Shown: one piece after another, positions 54,159-63,219 of the stretch
How positions within the stretch are numbered: position 1 is the stretch's first letter
Layout of the letters: each line of letters begins with the position of its first letter
Virus record (IMG/VR): IMGVR_UViG_3300043119_000443
DNA from: a virus
Taxonomy: Duplodnaviria > Heunggongvirae > Uroviricota > Caudoviricetes
Direction: 5' to 3' (one strand)
DNA: 64,000 nt
The notes under the pieces: generated by a model
Told to the model about the DNA's origin: nothing
The model's database searches: none
Seen by the model: only the letters and a program-made list of their open reading frames with translations
Position numbers and translations under genes: made by a program

Positions 54159-57100
54159 ATGACAACGAAGTTTTATCCCGATCCTGTATCGACTGGCGTT
54201 CTCCCTAACTCGATCACCAACAACGATCTGGTTCAGGTTCCCGCCCTGACGGTTAAGGGTAACCAGACGAACGCGACCGCCGATGTCAACGACATCGCAG
54301 CGTCCACGAACGATCGCCTGTTCGCGCGCGTCTCGGACGTTCTGGCGTTTACCCAGCTCACCAACGGCATGGTCGCGACCAACACCATTGGCCTCGACAA
54401 GCTGGCTGACGCCGCTGCGGTGTCCGTCCTTGGCCGTTCGGCTGGCACCGGCGGTGCTCGCGCCGACATCACGGCAAGCGCCAACGGACAGTTCCTTGGC
54501 CGCTCGGGCGGTACTCTGTCCTTCCAAGCCATCACCGGCGCTCTCGTCTCGAACACTCCGGCGGGCAACCTCATCGCGACTGACGCACAAGGCGCGATCA
54601 ACGAACTTGATTCCGAGAAGGCCGGGCTCACGCTCGCCAACACCTTCACCCAAGACAACACGTTCAACGGGTACGTCTCCGCTGCGTCGCTCCGCATCGG
54701 CGCGAACGAAGTCGTTGACGCGAACCGTATCTTCCGTCCGCGCTCTTATACCATCTCGACTGTCCCCAGCGTCACCGCGACGGGCCTCATCCACGTCTCC
54801 GATCTCGGCGGCGGTGGTGCCACGCTTCAGTCGAACGGCTCCGAGTGGAACCGTGTCAAGGAAGAAGGCACGATCAACGTCACTGTCGATGCCAACCTCA
54901 CTTTCACGTGGGATCGCCTGACCGACGCTCCGGTGACCCGTGCTAACGTCGCTCTTACCGCTGACCGCACTGTCACGCTCTCCACGACTGGATGCGCCAA
55001 CGGTGACCGCGCCGCGTTCGTGCGTTCTGCCGCAGCGACCGGCGCGTTCAACTGGAACATCGCGGGCAACACCACGACGGCTCTGGCCGCGGCTCTGGAC
55101 TGGGTCGTGTACGAGTTCGACGGCACGCAATGGAACATGATCCAGAAGTTCAGCGCGGGCGGCGGTGGCGGCGGCACGTACACCGCTGGCGCTGGCCTCG
55201 ACCTCGTTGCGGATGAGTTCTCTATCGAGACTGGCGGCGTTGTCGAAGGTATGCTCGCCAACGATGCGGTCACGTTCGCGAAGATGCAGAACATCGCGAC
55301 CGACCGACTGATTGGCCGCGATACGGCTGGCACGGGTGATCCGGAAGTGATCACTGTTGGTGGTGGCCTCGAATTCACCGGCTCTGGTGGCATCCAGACT
55401 TCAGCCTTCACGGGCGATGTCACGAAGTCCGCTGGGGGCACGGCCCTCACGATCGGCAACGATGCCGTCAGCTTCGCGAAGATGCAGAACATCGCCAGCG
55501 ATCGTCTGATCGGTCGCGACACCGCCTCGACCGGCGATCCCGAAGAGATCACTGTCGGTGGCGGTATCGAGTTCACGACGACTGGCGGCATCCAGACTTC
55601 GGCCCATACGGGCGATGTCACGAAAGCCGCTGGCGGCACTGCGACTACGATCGCCGCCAACGCCGTGTCGGATGCCAAGTTCCGCCAGAGTGCGGCGCTG
55701 TCCGTCGTTGGCCGTTCGGCCAACTCTACCGGCAACGTCGCTGATATCGCAGCGGGCGCAAACGATCGTCTTCTGACGCGCGTCGCGGACGTTCTCGCCT
55801 TCACGCAGATCACCAATGGCATGATCCCTGTCAACACCGTTGGCGTTGACAAGCTCGCTGTGTCCGCTACGGACCGCCTCGTTGGCCGTGATACGGCTTC
55901 CGCTGGCGCAGGCGAAGAGATCACTGTCGGCGGTGGCCTCGAATTCACCGGCTCTGGCGGTATCCAGACGACGGCCTTCACGGGCGATGTCACCAAGACC
56001 GCGGGTGGCACTGCGCTGACGATCGCTAACGACGCGGTGTCGTTCGCGAAGATGCAGAACATCGCTACTGACCGACTGATTGGCCGTGACACGGCATCGA
56101 CGGGCGACCCCGAAGAGATCACTGTCGGTGGTGGTATCGAGTTCACGACGACTGGCGGCATCCAGACTTCGGCCCATACGGGCGATGTCACGAAAGCCGC
56201 TGGCGGCACTGCGACCACGATCGCCAACGACGCGGTGACGAACGCGAAAGCCGCCAACATGGCCGCGCGTACCGTCAAGGTCAACGCGACCAACGCTTCT
56301 GCCGACCCGCAAGACCTTCAGGGCACGACGGCTCTCCACGTTCTGCGCGTCAACGCCGCTGGTGATGGACTTGAATTCGGTGCTGTGACCAGCGGAACGA
56401 CTTACACGGCTGGCGCGGGCCTCGACCTTGTCGCCGATGAATTTTCTATCGAGGCGGGCGGCGTGGTTACGACCATGCTCGCCAACGACAACGTCACGTT
56501 CGCGAAGATGCAGAACATCGCCAGCGATCGCCTGATTGGCCGTGACACTGCATCGACGGGCGATCCGGAAGAGATCACTGTCGGTGGCGGTATCGAGTTC
56601 ACGACGACTGGAGGCATCCAGACTTCGGCCTTCACCGGCGATGTCACCAAGACCGCTGGCGGAACGGCCCAGACGATTGCCAACAACGCCGTCTCCGACG
56701 CGAAGTTCCGCCAAAGTGCGGGCGTGTCCGTCGTCGGTCGTTCTGCCAACTCTACCGGCAACGTCGCGGATATTACCGCTGCGGCCAACGATCGTATCCT
56801 GACGCGCGTCTCTGACGTTCTTGCGTTCACTCAGCTCTCGGACGGGATGGTGCCGACCAACACCATCAGCGCGACTAAGATGGCCCTGACCGCGACTGAC
56901 CGTCTTATCGGTCGCGACACCGCTTCCGGCGGTGCGGGCGAAGAGATCACGGTCGGTGGTGGCCTTGTGTTCACCGGCACCGGCGGTATTCAGACGACGG
57001 CCTTTACCGGCGATGTCACCAAGACGCTTGGGGGCACGGCCCTCACGATCGCGAACAACGCTGTCACCGACGGCAAGTTCCGCCAGAGCGCGGCCACGTC

Positions 57101-58475
57101 TGTCGTTGGACGTTCGGCTGGCACGACTGGCGACGTTGCGGATATCGCCGCGGCGACCAACGGTCACTTCCTCGGTCGCTCGGGCGGCACGCTGTCGTTC
57201 CAAGCAATCACCGGCGCGCTCGTCACCAACGTCGCAGCGGGCAACATCGTCGCGACCACTGTGCAGGATGCGATCAACGAGCTGGATGGCGACAAGGCCG
57301 GGCTCACCCTCGCTAACATTTTCACTATCGGTCAATTTATTCGCACGACTACGGCTGTTGCGCTCAACTTGGATGGCGACGGGGCCTCTCCCGCAATCCG
57401 TCAAACCCGTTATGGTGCGGTAAGCGGCGCTTCGAACTTCGACCAGCGTAAGGCGCGCGGTTCGTTCGCCTCACCGACGGCGGTGCTTACCAACGACATC
57501 CTCTCGCAGAACATTTCGTCAGGGTACGGCGGAACGACGTTTCAACAGGCGTTTGTAGCGGCAGTTACGGTCATCGAGACTACTCCGTCCGACACGGCGA
57601 TGGGCTCGCGATGGACGGGCGAACTTTCGGCTATTGGTAGCGTCACGCCGACCGAGATTTTCAGGTGGGAAGTCGCTACCGGCTTCTCAATGTACGGTGC
57701 CAACCCCGTTATCGACAACAACCGTATCTTCCGTCCGCGGTCCTACACCGTCTCGACGCTCCCGACTGTCACCACGACGGGTATCATCCACTGCTCCGAT
57801 CTCGGCGGCGGTGCCGGTACGCTCATCTCGGACGGCACGGGCTGGACGCGTGAAGACACCACTGGCACGATCACGATCGCGACCGACGCCGGACACACCT
57901 TCACGTGGGATCGCCTAACGGACGCTCCGGTCACGCGCGGCAACGCTACGCTGACTGCGAACCGCACTGTTACGCTGTCCGGAACCGGATGCCGCAACGG
58001 CGACCGCGCCATGTTCGTCCGACTCGGTGGCGGTGCGTTCAACTGGAGCATCGCGGGCGGCACGACCTTCGACCTGACCGCCGCGAACCAGTTCTGCACG
58101 TTCGAGCACGACGGCACGTCTTGGAACATCATCGACGCGGGCAACATCTCCATCTCTGGCGGTAGCTCTGGCGTGGCCGTGGAAGAAGAAGGCGGTGCCG
58201 TCGCCACGGCGACCACTTTGAATTTCATCGGCTCCGGCGTTACCGCTACCAACGCAGGCGGCGGACAGGTGGATGTCACTATCTCTGCGGGCGGTGGTGT
58301 GGACGTGGAAGACGAGGGCGCTGTCGCTCTCGCCGCGGCCACTACCTTGAATTTCGTCGGTGCTGGTGTTACTGCTACGAACGCTGGCGGCGGACAGGTG
58401 GATGTCACCATTCCGGGGAACTCCGGACCTTCTCTTGGTCTGTATCTCGGTATCCGTAGCTCAATGTACTTTTAA
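54159..58475 (+). CDS. giant repeat-rich fibre-like protein (1438 aa)
   Basis: Gly/Thr/Ala-rich; ~8 tandem ~63-aa units (DRLIGRDTASTGDPEEITVGGGIEFTTTGGIQTSAHTGDVTKAAGGTATTIANDAVSFAKMQNIA...) and duplicated N-/C-proximal domains. Confidence 0.7.
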   Translation: MTTKFYPDPVSTGVLPNSITNNDLVQVPALTVKGNQTNATADVNDIAASTNDRLFARVSDVLAFTQLTNGMVATNTIGLDKLADAAAVSVLGRSAGTGGARADITASANGQFLGRSGGTLSFQAITGALVSNTPAGNLIATDAQGAINELDSEKAGLTLANTFTQDNTFNGYVSAASLRIGANEVVDANRIFRPRSYTISTVPSVTATGLIHVSDLGGGGATLQSNGSEWNRVKEEGTINVTVDANLTFTWDRLTDAPVTRANVALTADRTVTLSTTGCANGDRAAFVRSAAATGAFNWNIAGNTTTALAAALDWVVYEFDGTQWNMIQKFSAGGGGGGTYTAGAGLDLVADEFSIETGGVVEGMLANDAVTFAKMQNIATDRLIGRDTAGTGDPEVITVGGGLEFTGSGGIQTSAFTGDVTKSAGGTALTIGNDAVSFAKMQNIASDRLIGRDTASTGDPEEITVGGGIEFTTTGGIQTSAHTGDVTKAAGGTATTIAANAVSDAKFRQSAALSVVGRSANSTGNVADIAAGANDRLLTRVADVLAFTQITNGMIPVNTVGVDKLAVSATDRLVGRDTASAGAGEEITVGGGLEFTGSGGIQTTAFTGDVTKTAGGTALTIANDAVSFAKMQNIATDRLIGRDTASTGDPEEITVGGGIEFTTTGGIQTSAHTGDVTKAAGGTATTIANDAVTNAKAANMAARTVKVNATNASADPQDLQGTTALHVLRVNAAGDGLEFGAVTSGTTYTAGAGLDLVADEFSIEAGGVVTTMLANDNVTFAKMQNIASDRLIGRDTASTGDPEEITVGGGIEFTTTGGIQTSAFTGDVTKTAGGTAQTIANNAVSDAKFRQSAGVSVVGRSANSTGNVADITAAANDRILTRVSDVLAFTQLSDGMVPTNTISATKMALTATDRLIGRDTASGGAGEEITVGGGLVFTGTGGIQTTAFTGDVTKTLGGTALTIANNAVTDGKFRQSAATSVVGRSAGTTGDVADIAAATNGHFLGRSGGTLSFQAITGALVTNVAAGNIVATTVQDAINELDGDKAGLTLANIFTIGQFIRTTTAVALNLDGDGASPAIRQTRYGAVSGASNFDQRKARGSFASPTAVLTNDILSQNISSGYGGTTFQQAFVAAVTVIETTPSDTAMGSRWTGELSAIGSVTPTEIFRWEVATGFSMYGANPVIDNNRIFRPRSYTVSTLPTVTTTGIIHCSDLGGGAGTLISDGTGWTREDTTGTITIATDAGHTFTWDRLTDAPVTRGNATLTANRTVTLSGTGCRNGDRAMFVRLGGGAFNWSIAGGTTFDLTAANQFCTFEHDGTSWNIIDAGNISISGGSSGVAVEEEGGAVATATTLNFIGSGVTATNAGGGQVDVTISAGGGVDVEDEGAVALAAATTLNFVGAGVTATNAGGGQVDVTIPGNSGPSLGLYLGIRSSMYF
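55180..57070 (+). repeat. in-frame tandem coding repeats inside giant gene (approximate bounds)
   Basis: ttcgcgaagatgcagaacatcgc recurs at 55273, 55471, 56053, 56497; unit ~190 nt, nested in larger ~440-580 nt super-repeats. Confidence 0.7.
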
Positions 58476-58487
58476 GGAAACGCAACC

Positions 58488-58901
58488 ATGGTCGCCAACG
58501 TCGAACCGATTTTCACCCACATCCCGAACATCGGGATCGCGGACGCATGTACCGCCGCCAACACGACGAAAGACCTCACGTCGGGCACGAGCTATCTCGC
58601 GTTCACGGCGGGCGCAGACGGGGCGTTCCTTCAGAAGCTCACCATCAGGCCGAAGGGTACGAACGCGGTCACGGTTATGCGCGTGTTCCTCAACAACGGC
58701 GGTGCGACGACTACGGCCACGAACAACGTGCTGTTTGCAGAACTCAGCTTGCCCGCCACGACCAACGTCGAAAACGCTTCGATCGTGGGCTACGAGTTGC
58801 CGATGAACATCGCTCTCCCGGCTGGCTGGCGCGTCTACGTCACGCTCGGCTCGGTCGTCGTCGGTGGCTACGCAGTGTCGGGTGTCGGTGGAGACTACTA
58901 A
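58488..58901 (+). CDS. hypothetical protein (137 aa)
   Basis: TAATG-coupled to first Gly-rich gene. Confidence 0.4.
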   Translation: MVANVEPIFTHIPNIGIADACTAANTTKDLTSGTSYLAFTAGADGAFLQKLTIRPKGTNAVTVMRVFLNNGGATTTATNNVLFAELSLPATTNVENASIVGYELPMNIALPAGWRVYVTLGSVVVGGYAVSGVGGDY

Positions 58902-59749
58902 TGCTCTCCAACACACTAAACATCCGTAACGAGAAGCGGACGTTCAAGTTCTTCTCTCGCGGGGTGGACTACCAACCGTATAGTCCGTCGCCGGAAGCCG
59001 TCGCTATTCAGATTTTCGCAGTCGGAGCTGGCGGCGGCGGCGGACGAGGCTTCACGGGCATCGCGGGCGCGGCTCGCGGTGGTGGCGGCGGGGGCGGCGG
59101 GGGTGGTATCCTCCGGGCTGTCCTGCCGACGTTCCTGCTCCCCGATACAATCTTCCTGAAGCCGGGCATAGGCGGTGCGACTACCGTCGCAGGTAGCGCC
59201 TCCGTCATCAGCCTTCGCCCCATCGACGCAACGGCCAACAATATCTATACGGTCGGCGGTGGCGGTGCAGGCGGTACTGGTACGGGCGCTGCGGCGGGCT
59301 CTGCGGGCTCCGCAGGCGTCATCGGTACCAACGGCATATTCTCGGACCTCGGTGTGTTCCTGTCGATCGCTGGCCTCGCTGGCGTGGCAGGCGGCGGTGT
59401 TGCTGCTGCCGGTGTCAGCATCACACCGACGCGTATCGTCTCGGGCGGCGCGGGCGGCGCGGGCTGTACCGGCGCGGACCTCGCGGGTGGCAACATCACC
59501 GCATCGGGCTTCTTCCCCCTTATCTCCGGTGGGGGCGTCTCTGGCGGCGAAGGCTTCAGCGGTATCACGTCTTGGAAACCATTCTTCGCATCGGGCGGGT
59601 CGGGTGCTGGTTCGTTCAACGCTGGCCCCGGTGGGCGTGGTGGCCCCGGCGGCATAGGTTCCGGTGGCGGTGGCGGCGGCGCGGGCACAACCGGCGGCGA
59701 CGGCGGACGTGGCGGCGACGGCATCATCTTCATCACCGAACTCTTCTAA
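58901..59749 (+). CDS. glycine-rich protein (282 aa), paralog 1
   Basis: KRTFKFFSRGVDYQPYSPSPEAVAIQIFAVGAGGGGG...GGDGGRGGDGIIFITELF; long poly-Gly tracts. Confidence 0.55.
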   Translation: MLSNTLNIRNEKRTFKFFSRGVDYQPYSPSPEAVAIQIFAVGAGGGGGRGFTGIAGAARGGGGGGGGGGILRAVLPTFLLPDTIFLKPGIGGATTVAGSASVISLRPIDATANNIYTVGGGGAGGTGTGAAAGSAGSAGVIGTNGIFSDLGVFLSIAGLAGVAGGGVAAAGVSITPTRIVSGGAGGAGCTGADLAGGNITASGFFPLISGGGVSGGEGFSGITSWKPFFASGGSGAGSFNAGPGGRGGPGGIGSGGGGGGAGTTGGDGGRGGDGIIFITELF

Positions 59750-59765
59750 TCGACGGGAGACAGTA

Positions 59766-60620
59766 ATGTTCTACGATCCGTCGAACATGCGCCAAACCAA
59801 GCGCACGTTTAAGTTCGTCTCTCGCGGTGTGGACTGGCAGGCGTTCCTTCCCTCGCCGGAAGCCGTCGCGCTTGAAATCTTCATGGTCGGTGGCGGCGGC
59901 GGTGGCGGCAATGGCTTCTCACGGGGCGCGGGCGCTCCGGGCGGTGGTGGCGGCGGCGGTGGTAGCGGCGGTATCTTCCGGGCTGTAATCCCGACCATTC
60001 TTCTGCCAGATACGATCTTCCTGAAACCGGGCATAGGTGGCGCTGCTGTCACTGCGGGTAGCGCCTCCATCATCGGTCTGCGCGCGGCTGACTCCACTAC
60101 TTCCAACATATACACGGTGGGTGGAGGTTCTAATGGTGGTACGGGCACGGCAGCGGCAGCGGGCACTCTAGGCAACGGGGGCGCGGTCGGCACCAGTGGC
60201 CTGTTCTCTGACTACGCTGACTTCCTCGCGATCGCTGGTCAGGCTGGCGTAGCCGGGGGCGCGCAGACTGGTGCAGTGGGAGCCAGCGTGACACCGTCGC
60301 GTATCGTGACGGGCGGCGCTGGCGGTGCTGGTTGCACCACAACCGACTTCGCGGGTGGCAACATCACCGCGACCGGGCTTATCCCCCTAGTGTCGGGCGC
60401 TGCGGGCGGCACTGGCGAATCGGGCAGCAACGGCCTTTCGAACTTCAAACCCTTCCTGTCCTGCGGCGGTGCGGGCGGTGGCTCGCGCAACACCTTCAGC
60501 GCTGGCGCGGGTGGTCAAGGTGGCCCCGGCTCTGGCGGCGGTGGCGGTGGTGCGGGTGTCACCGGCGGCGCGGGTGGACGTGGCGGCGACGGCGTGATAT
60601 TCATAACTGAAATCTTCTAA
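59766..60620 (+). CDS. glycine-rich protein (284 aa), paralog 2
   Basis: Same architecture as 58901..59749, colinear along whole length (KRTFKFVSRGVDWQAFLPSPEAVALEIFMVGGGGGG...GGAGGRGGDGVIFITEIF). Confidence 0.55.
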   Translation: MFYDPSNMRQTKRTFKFVSRGVDWQAFLPSPEAVALEIFMVGGGGGGGNGFSRGAGAPGGGGGGGGSGGIFRAVIPTILLPDTIFLKPGIGGAAVTAGSASIIGLRAADSTTSNIYTVGGGSNGGTGTAAAAGTLGNGGAVGTSGLFSDYADFLAIAGQAGVAGGAQTGAVGASVTPSRIVTGGAGGAGCTTTDFAGGNITATGLIPLVSGAAGGTGESGSNGLSNFKPFLSCGGAGGGSRNTFSAGAGGQGGPGSGGGGGGAGVTGGAGGRGGDGVIFITEIF

Positions 60621-60634
60621 GGGAAGGAACCCCC

Positions 60635-61132
60635 ATGGCCTTTACTGAAACGACCCACTCGACGACGTTCTACGCCCAGATGTACGATCCGGCCAAACCG
60701 GAGCGTGGCTTCGGCGCGTTCGTCAATCGCGTCACGGTCAAGGAATACGAGGATGGCACTCGCGTCGTCGAGCCGGAAGTCCAGAAGGACATGGCCGTCG
60801 CCGTGAAAGAGGGTATCACCCTCCCGTCGGTGCTGGCCGAATTCAACATGATCTCCGCGGCGCGCGTCGTGGAGCTGGAAGCGATCGTCAAGGTTGAAGA
60901 TGACGAGAAAGCCGCTCTCAAGTCTCAGGTTGAGCGTATGACCGCCCAGATCGTCGAGCTGCGCGAAGTCCTGATCGAGACGGCGCAGGCATTGCGCGAC
61001 GCCACGAACGGTGCTGAAGTCGCTCGGGTGGACGCCTCCCTGATGTCCAGCGCAGACGCGATCGCCACGGTTGATGCGATCAAGGCCGACAACAACAAGT
61101 CGATCTGGAACCCGCTTAGCTGGTTCCGTTGA
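60635..61132 (+). CDS. hypothetical protein (165 aa)
   Basis: Follows Gly-rich paralogs; coiled-coil segment. Confidence 0.4.
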   Translation: MAFTETTHSTTFYAQMYDPAKPERGFGAFVNRVTVKEYEDGTRVVEPEVQKDMAVAVKEGITLPSVLAEFNMISAARVVELEAIVKVEDDEKAALKSQVERMTAQIVELREVLIETAQALRDATNGAEVARVDASLMSSADAIATVDAIKADNNKSIWNPLSWFR

Positions 61133-61139
61133 TACAAAC

Positions 61140-61167
61140 CCTCGGTACTTGGCCGTAAGTACCGAGG
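61140..61167. terminator. bidirectional terminator hairpin between convergent genes
   Basis: CCTCGGTACTT-ggccgt-AAGTACCGAGG perfect 11-bp stem. Confidence 0.5.
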
Positions 61168-61169
61168 AA

Positions 61170-61616
61170 TCACTTCTTCAGCTTGACCCAACGGACCTTG
61201 CCGCCGGTCTTGGTGTCGTACTTGCACGCGATCCGAACGGCCTGTTGGGGTGTCGCCCCCATTTCGAGCGCGCCCAGCGCCACGTCAGCGCCCGTGCCAG
61301 CGACAAAGAAGTCACCCTCGACGACGTGATAGCCAAACAGATCGTGGAACTCGACGTTACCGTCCGGCCTGACGAGGATCGCTTGCGCCTCGCGCCCTTC
61401 GACGCCGAAACCGGGGCGGTCCCCATATTCCTCATCGTTCATGAACCAGTCAACGATCCGGGTCGCTAGGGAGGCCGTCCCAGCCACGCCTATGAGCGCG
61501 CCGTCCTTGGCACGTCGGAATACCTTCCGCATCGACATCTCTCTTGTAGTGCCATAGGTGAGCTGGGAATCGCCCGCCATCACCCCATGCTTCCGAGAGA
61601 AGACAATCGTGGTCAT
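61170..61616 (-). CDS. HslV-like N-terminal-nucleophile peptidase (proteasome beta-type fold)
   Basis: MTTIVFSRKHGVMAGDSQLTYG...KVFRRAKDGALIGVAGTASLA...GTGADVALGALEMG parallels the HslV Thr1-TIV..R..G.V..GD.Q.T.G.......KV.RL...V..GFAG and GSG...A.GA blocks. Confidence 0.6.
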   Translation of the reverse strand: MTTIVFSRKHGVMAGDSQLTYGTTREMSMRKVFRRAKDGALIGVAGTASLATRIVDWFMNDEEYGDRPGFGVEGREAQAILVRPDGNVEFHDLFGYHVVEGDFFVAGTGADVALGALEMGATPQQAVRIACKYDTKTGGKVRWVKLKK

Positions 61617-62005
61617 ATCAACCCGTCCAATTCATCATCAGGCGTTAAATCTGCAATGATGCAATCGTGCTTGTCATCGACGATTTGGTCAAGATCGACG
61701 GGGGTGTCATCCCCCAGATCGTCCTGTTCGATGGGGGTACTATCCCCTTTCTTGGAACGCCTTTTCGACTGGGTGCCATGCCCCGTATCTATGAGCCCGG
61801 CCCGTGTGTCATTTATGTCGCCGACGTAGGTGTCGATCGTCTTGCCGCCGCGTTTGCTGTCAAGGTACTTTCGCACCTTGGCCTGAATTTCCTTGGAGGG
61901 GCACCGGATGGTGAGGATGTCGGAGCCGCCGTATTCCTTCACGGCTTGGTCGCAAACTTCCCTGATCTGTTCGTCGGTCGAAAGCCAGTTGTCCGCCATG
62001 TGCAT
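61613..62005 (-). CDS. hypothetical protein co-transcribed with HslV-like gene (130 aa)
   Basis: 4-nt ATGA overlap with HslV-like gene; acidic C-terminus. Confidence 0.4.
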   Translation of the reverse strand: MHMADNWLSTDEQIREVCDQAVKEYGGSDILTIRCPSKEIQAKVRKYLDSKRGGKTIDTYVGDINDTRAGLIDTGHGTQSKRRSKKGDSTPIEQDDLGDDTPVDLDQIVDDKHDCIIADLTPDDELDGLI

Positions 62006-62192
62006 CTCGATTGCATGAATTCGCGATTTCGAGGCTTATCAGACTGTCAGATAAATGTCCACATTTTTCTGACGGAGTGTTTGCGGCCCAGCTTCGACCT
62101 CGCTTTTGGCGCGTCTATGGCCGGGCCGCGTCACACTATCCGGATGTCGCGCTTGGGGCAGGGGTGCCAAGACGGGAGGGACGTGGAATTCG

Positions 62193-62321
62193 AATTTGGA
62201 TGAGGCCGCGGAAAAAGTCAATCTTGAAATGCTGGGAGGCCGCGGGGGACTTCAGACTCGGGACGCTGGGAGGCCGCGGGGGACTTCAGACTCGGCCATG
62301 GTTTGCATGAAATTTGGATGA
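62193..62321. repeat. tandem 31-bp direct repeat (x2, 34-bp period) flanked by 11-bp direct repeats AATTTGGATGA
   Basis: GCTGGGAGGCCGCGGGGGACTTCAGACTCGG at 62231-62261 and 62265-62295; AATTTGGATGA at 62193-62203 and 62311-62321. Confidence 0.7.
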
Positions 62322-62334
62322 AAAATCCGGCGCG

Positions 62335-62560
62335 GCGTTATGGTTAACGCGAATTAAGGTTAATGAAACGAAACCGCCGTTAGGGTTAATAGCAACGATC
62401 GCTGTTAATCTTAACACGTGGCGGTGGTCGCGTTAAGGAATCGCGTTAATCTTAACAGGTCGTACCCTATGTGATGTGGGCCGGGGTAGGGAATTAACCC
62501 TAACTCCCGGCCCGGTGTAAAAATCGGCCGATTTGCCATTAACTATCCGCCATTGGACAT
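62335..62560. promoter_or_regulatory. AT-rich intergenic cluster of TTAA / TTAAC boxes (iteron-like), candidate origin or regulatory hub
   Basis: ATGGTTAAC (62340), TTAA x2 (62354, 62360), GGTTAAT (62384), GTTAATCTTAACA x2 (62404-62416 and 62445-62457), TTAACCCTAAC (62484-62494), CCATTAACTAT (62537-62547). Confidence 0.45.
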
Positions 62561-63219
62561 GGTCGCCTCCATTGCAGCGCCCCAGTCGGGTCGGGGCCGG
62601 GGGTGAGATTTTGGATCACCTCCTTTCGTCCGGCATGACGCCGGGATGTCTTCAGCGTTGCACGATCCGGGCCACGCTTCAAGCCCGCCGCCAGTACGGG
62701 GAAGGTTTTCGAATTCCGAGCCGCCACGGATCGCGGATCATGGTCCACATGAAAAGCGTCCAGTGATCCGCAAAGCGCCCCCATTGAAAGACTCGGATAG
62801 GCTCTAGCCCGGTCCTGCGTCGCCAGTGGGCGAGGGGTTCGCCATGGCGGGCCGGTGGGGAGCCCGGCGGCAGGCGATCTTGCCAGCGACCGCCGTACGC
62901 GCGCCGGTTCCGTCTCAGGCTGGCATGGCGGCAGGGCATGTCAATGCTCTCCGTCGGGGTGAAGCTTGCGCAGACGCGCGCGTTGGCGGGAGCGCGATTT
63001 GCTCGCCGCCTTCTTCTTTGCGTCCGGAACGATGACCGGGCGAAAGATAGGGAGCGCAAGGTTGCGCGCCGGGACGTTGCGGGGCTTAGGGGGTTCTCTC
63101 TTCTTCACGGTCCACCTGTCGGTTGATGATCCGCTTTTCATGCAAGGGCAATGCCGCCCAGTTCCATCCGTGATAATCGACCCAGTCGCCGCGCGTGGTG
63201 AGATGTTGCCGGACCTTGA

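Noticed and set aside
54159-58475. Tandem repeats considered as a possible CRISPR array
   Set aside because: Repeats are about 190 nt, imperfect, in frame and translate into a coherent repeat protein. There are no short unique spacers and no cas genes
62231-62295. 31-bp direct repeat pair considered as CRISPR or att site
   Set aside because: Only two copies separated by 3 nt and no integrase nearby. Kept as a repeat feature of a regulatory region instead
62679-63141. Minus-strand ORFs 62679..63059 and 62941..63141 (Arg/Lys-rich)
   Set aside because: Extreme Arg content typical of wrong-frame translation. No start context. Left unannotated, though a small basic protein cannot be excluded
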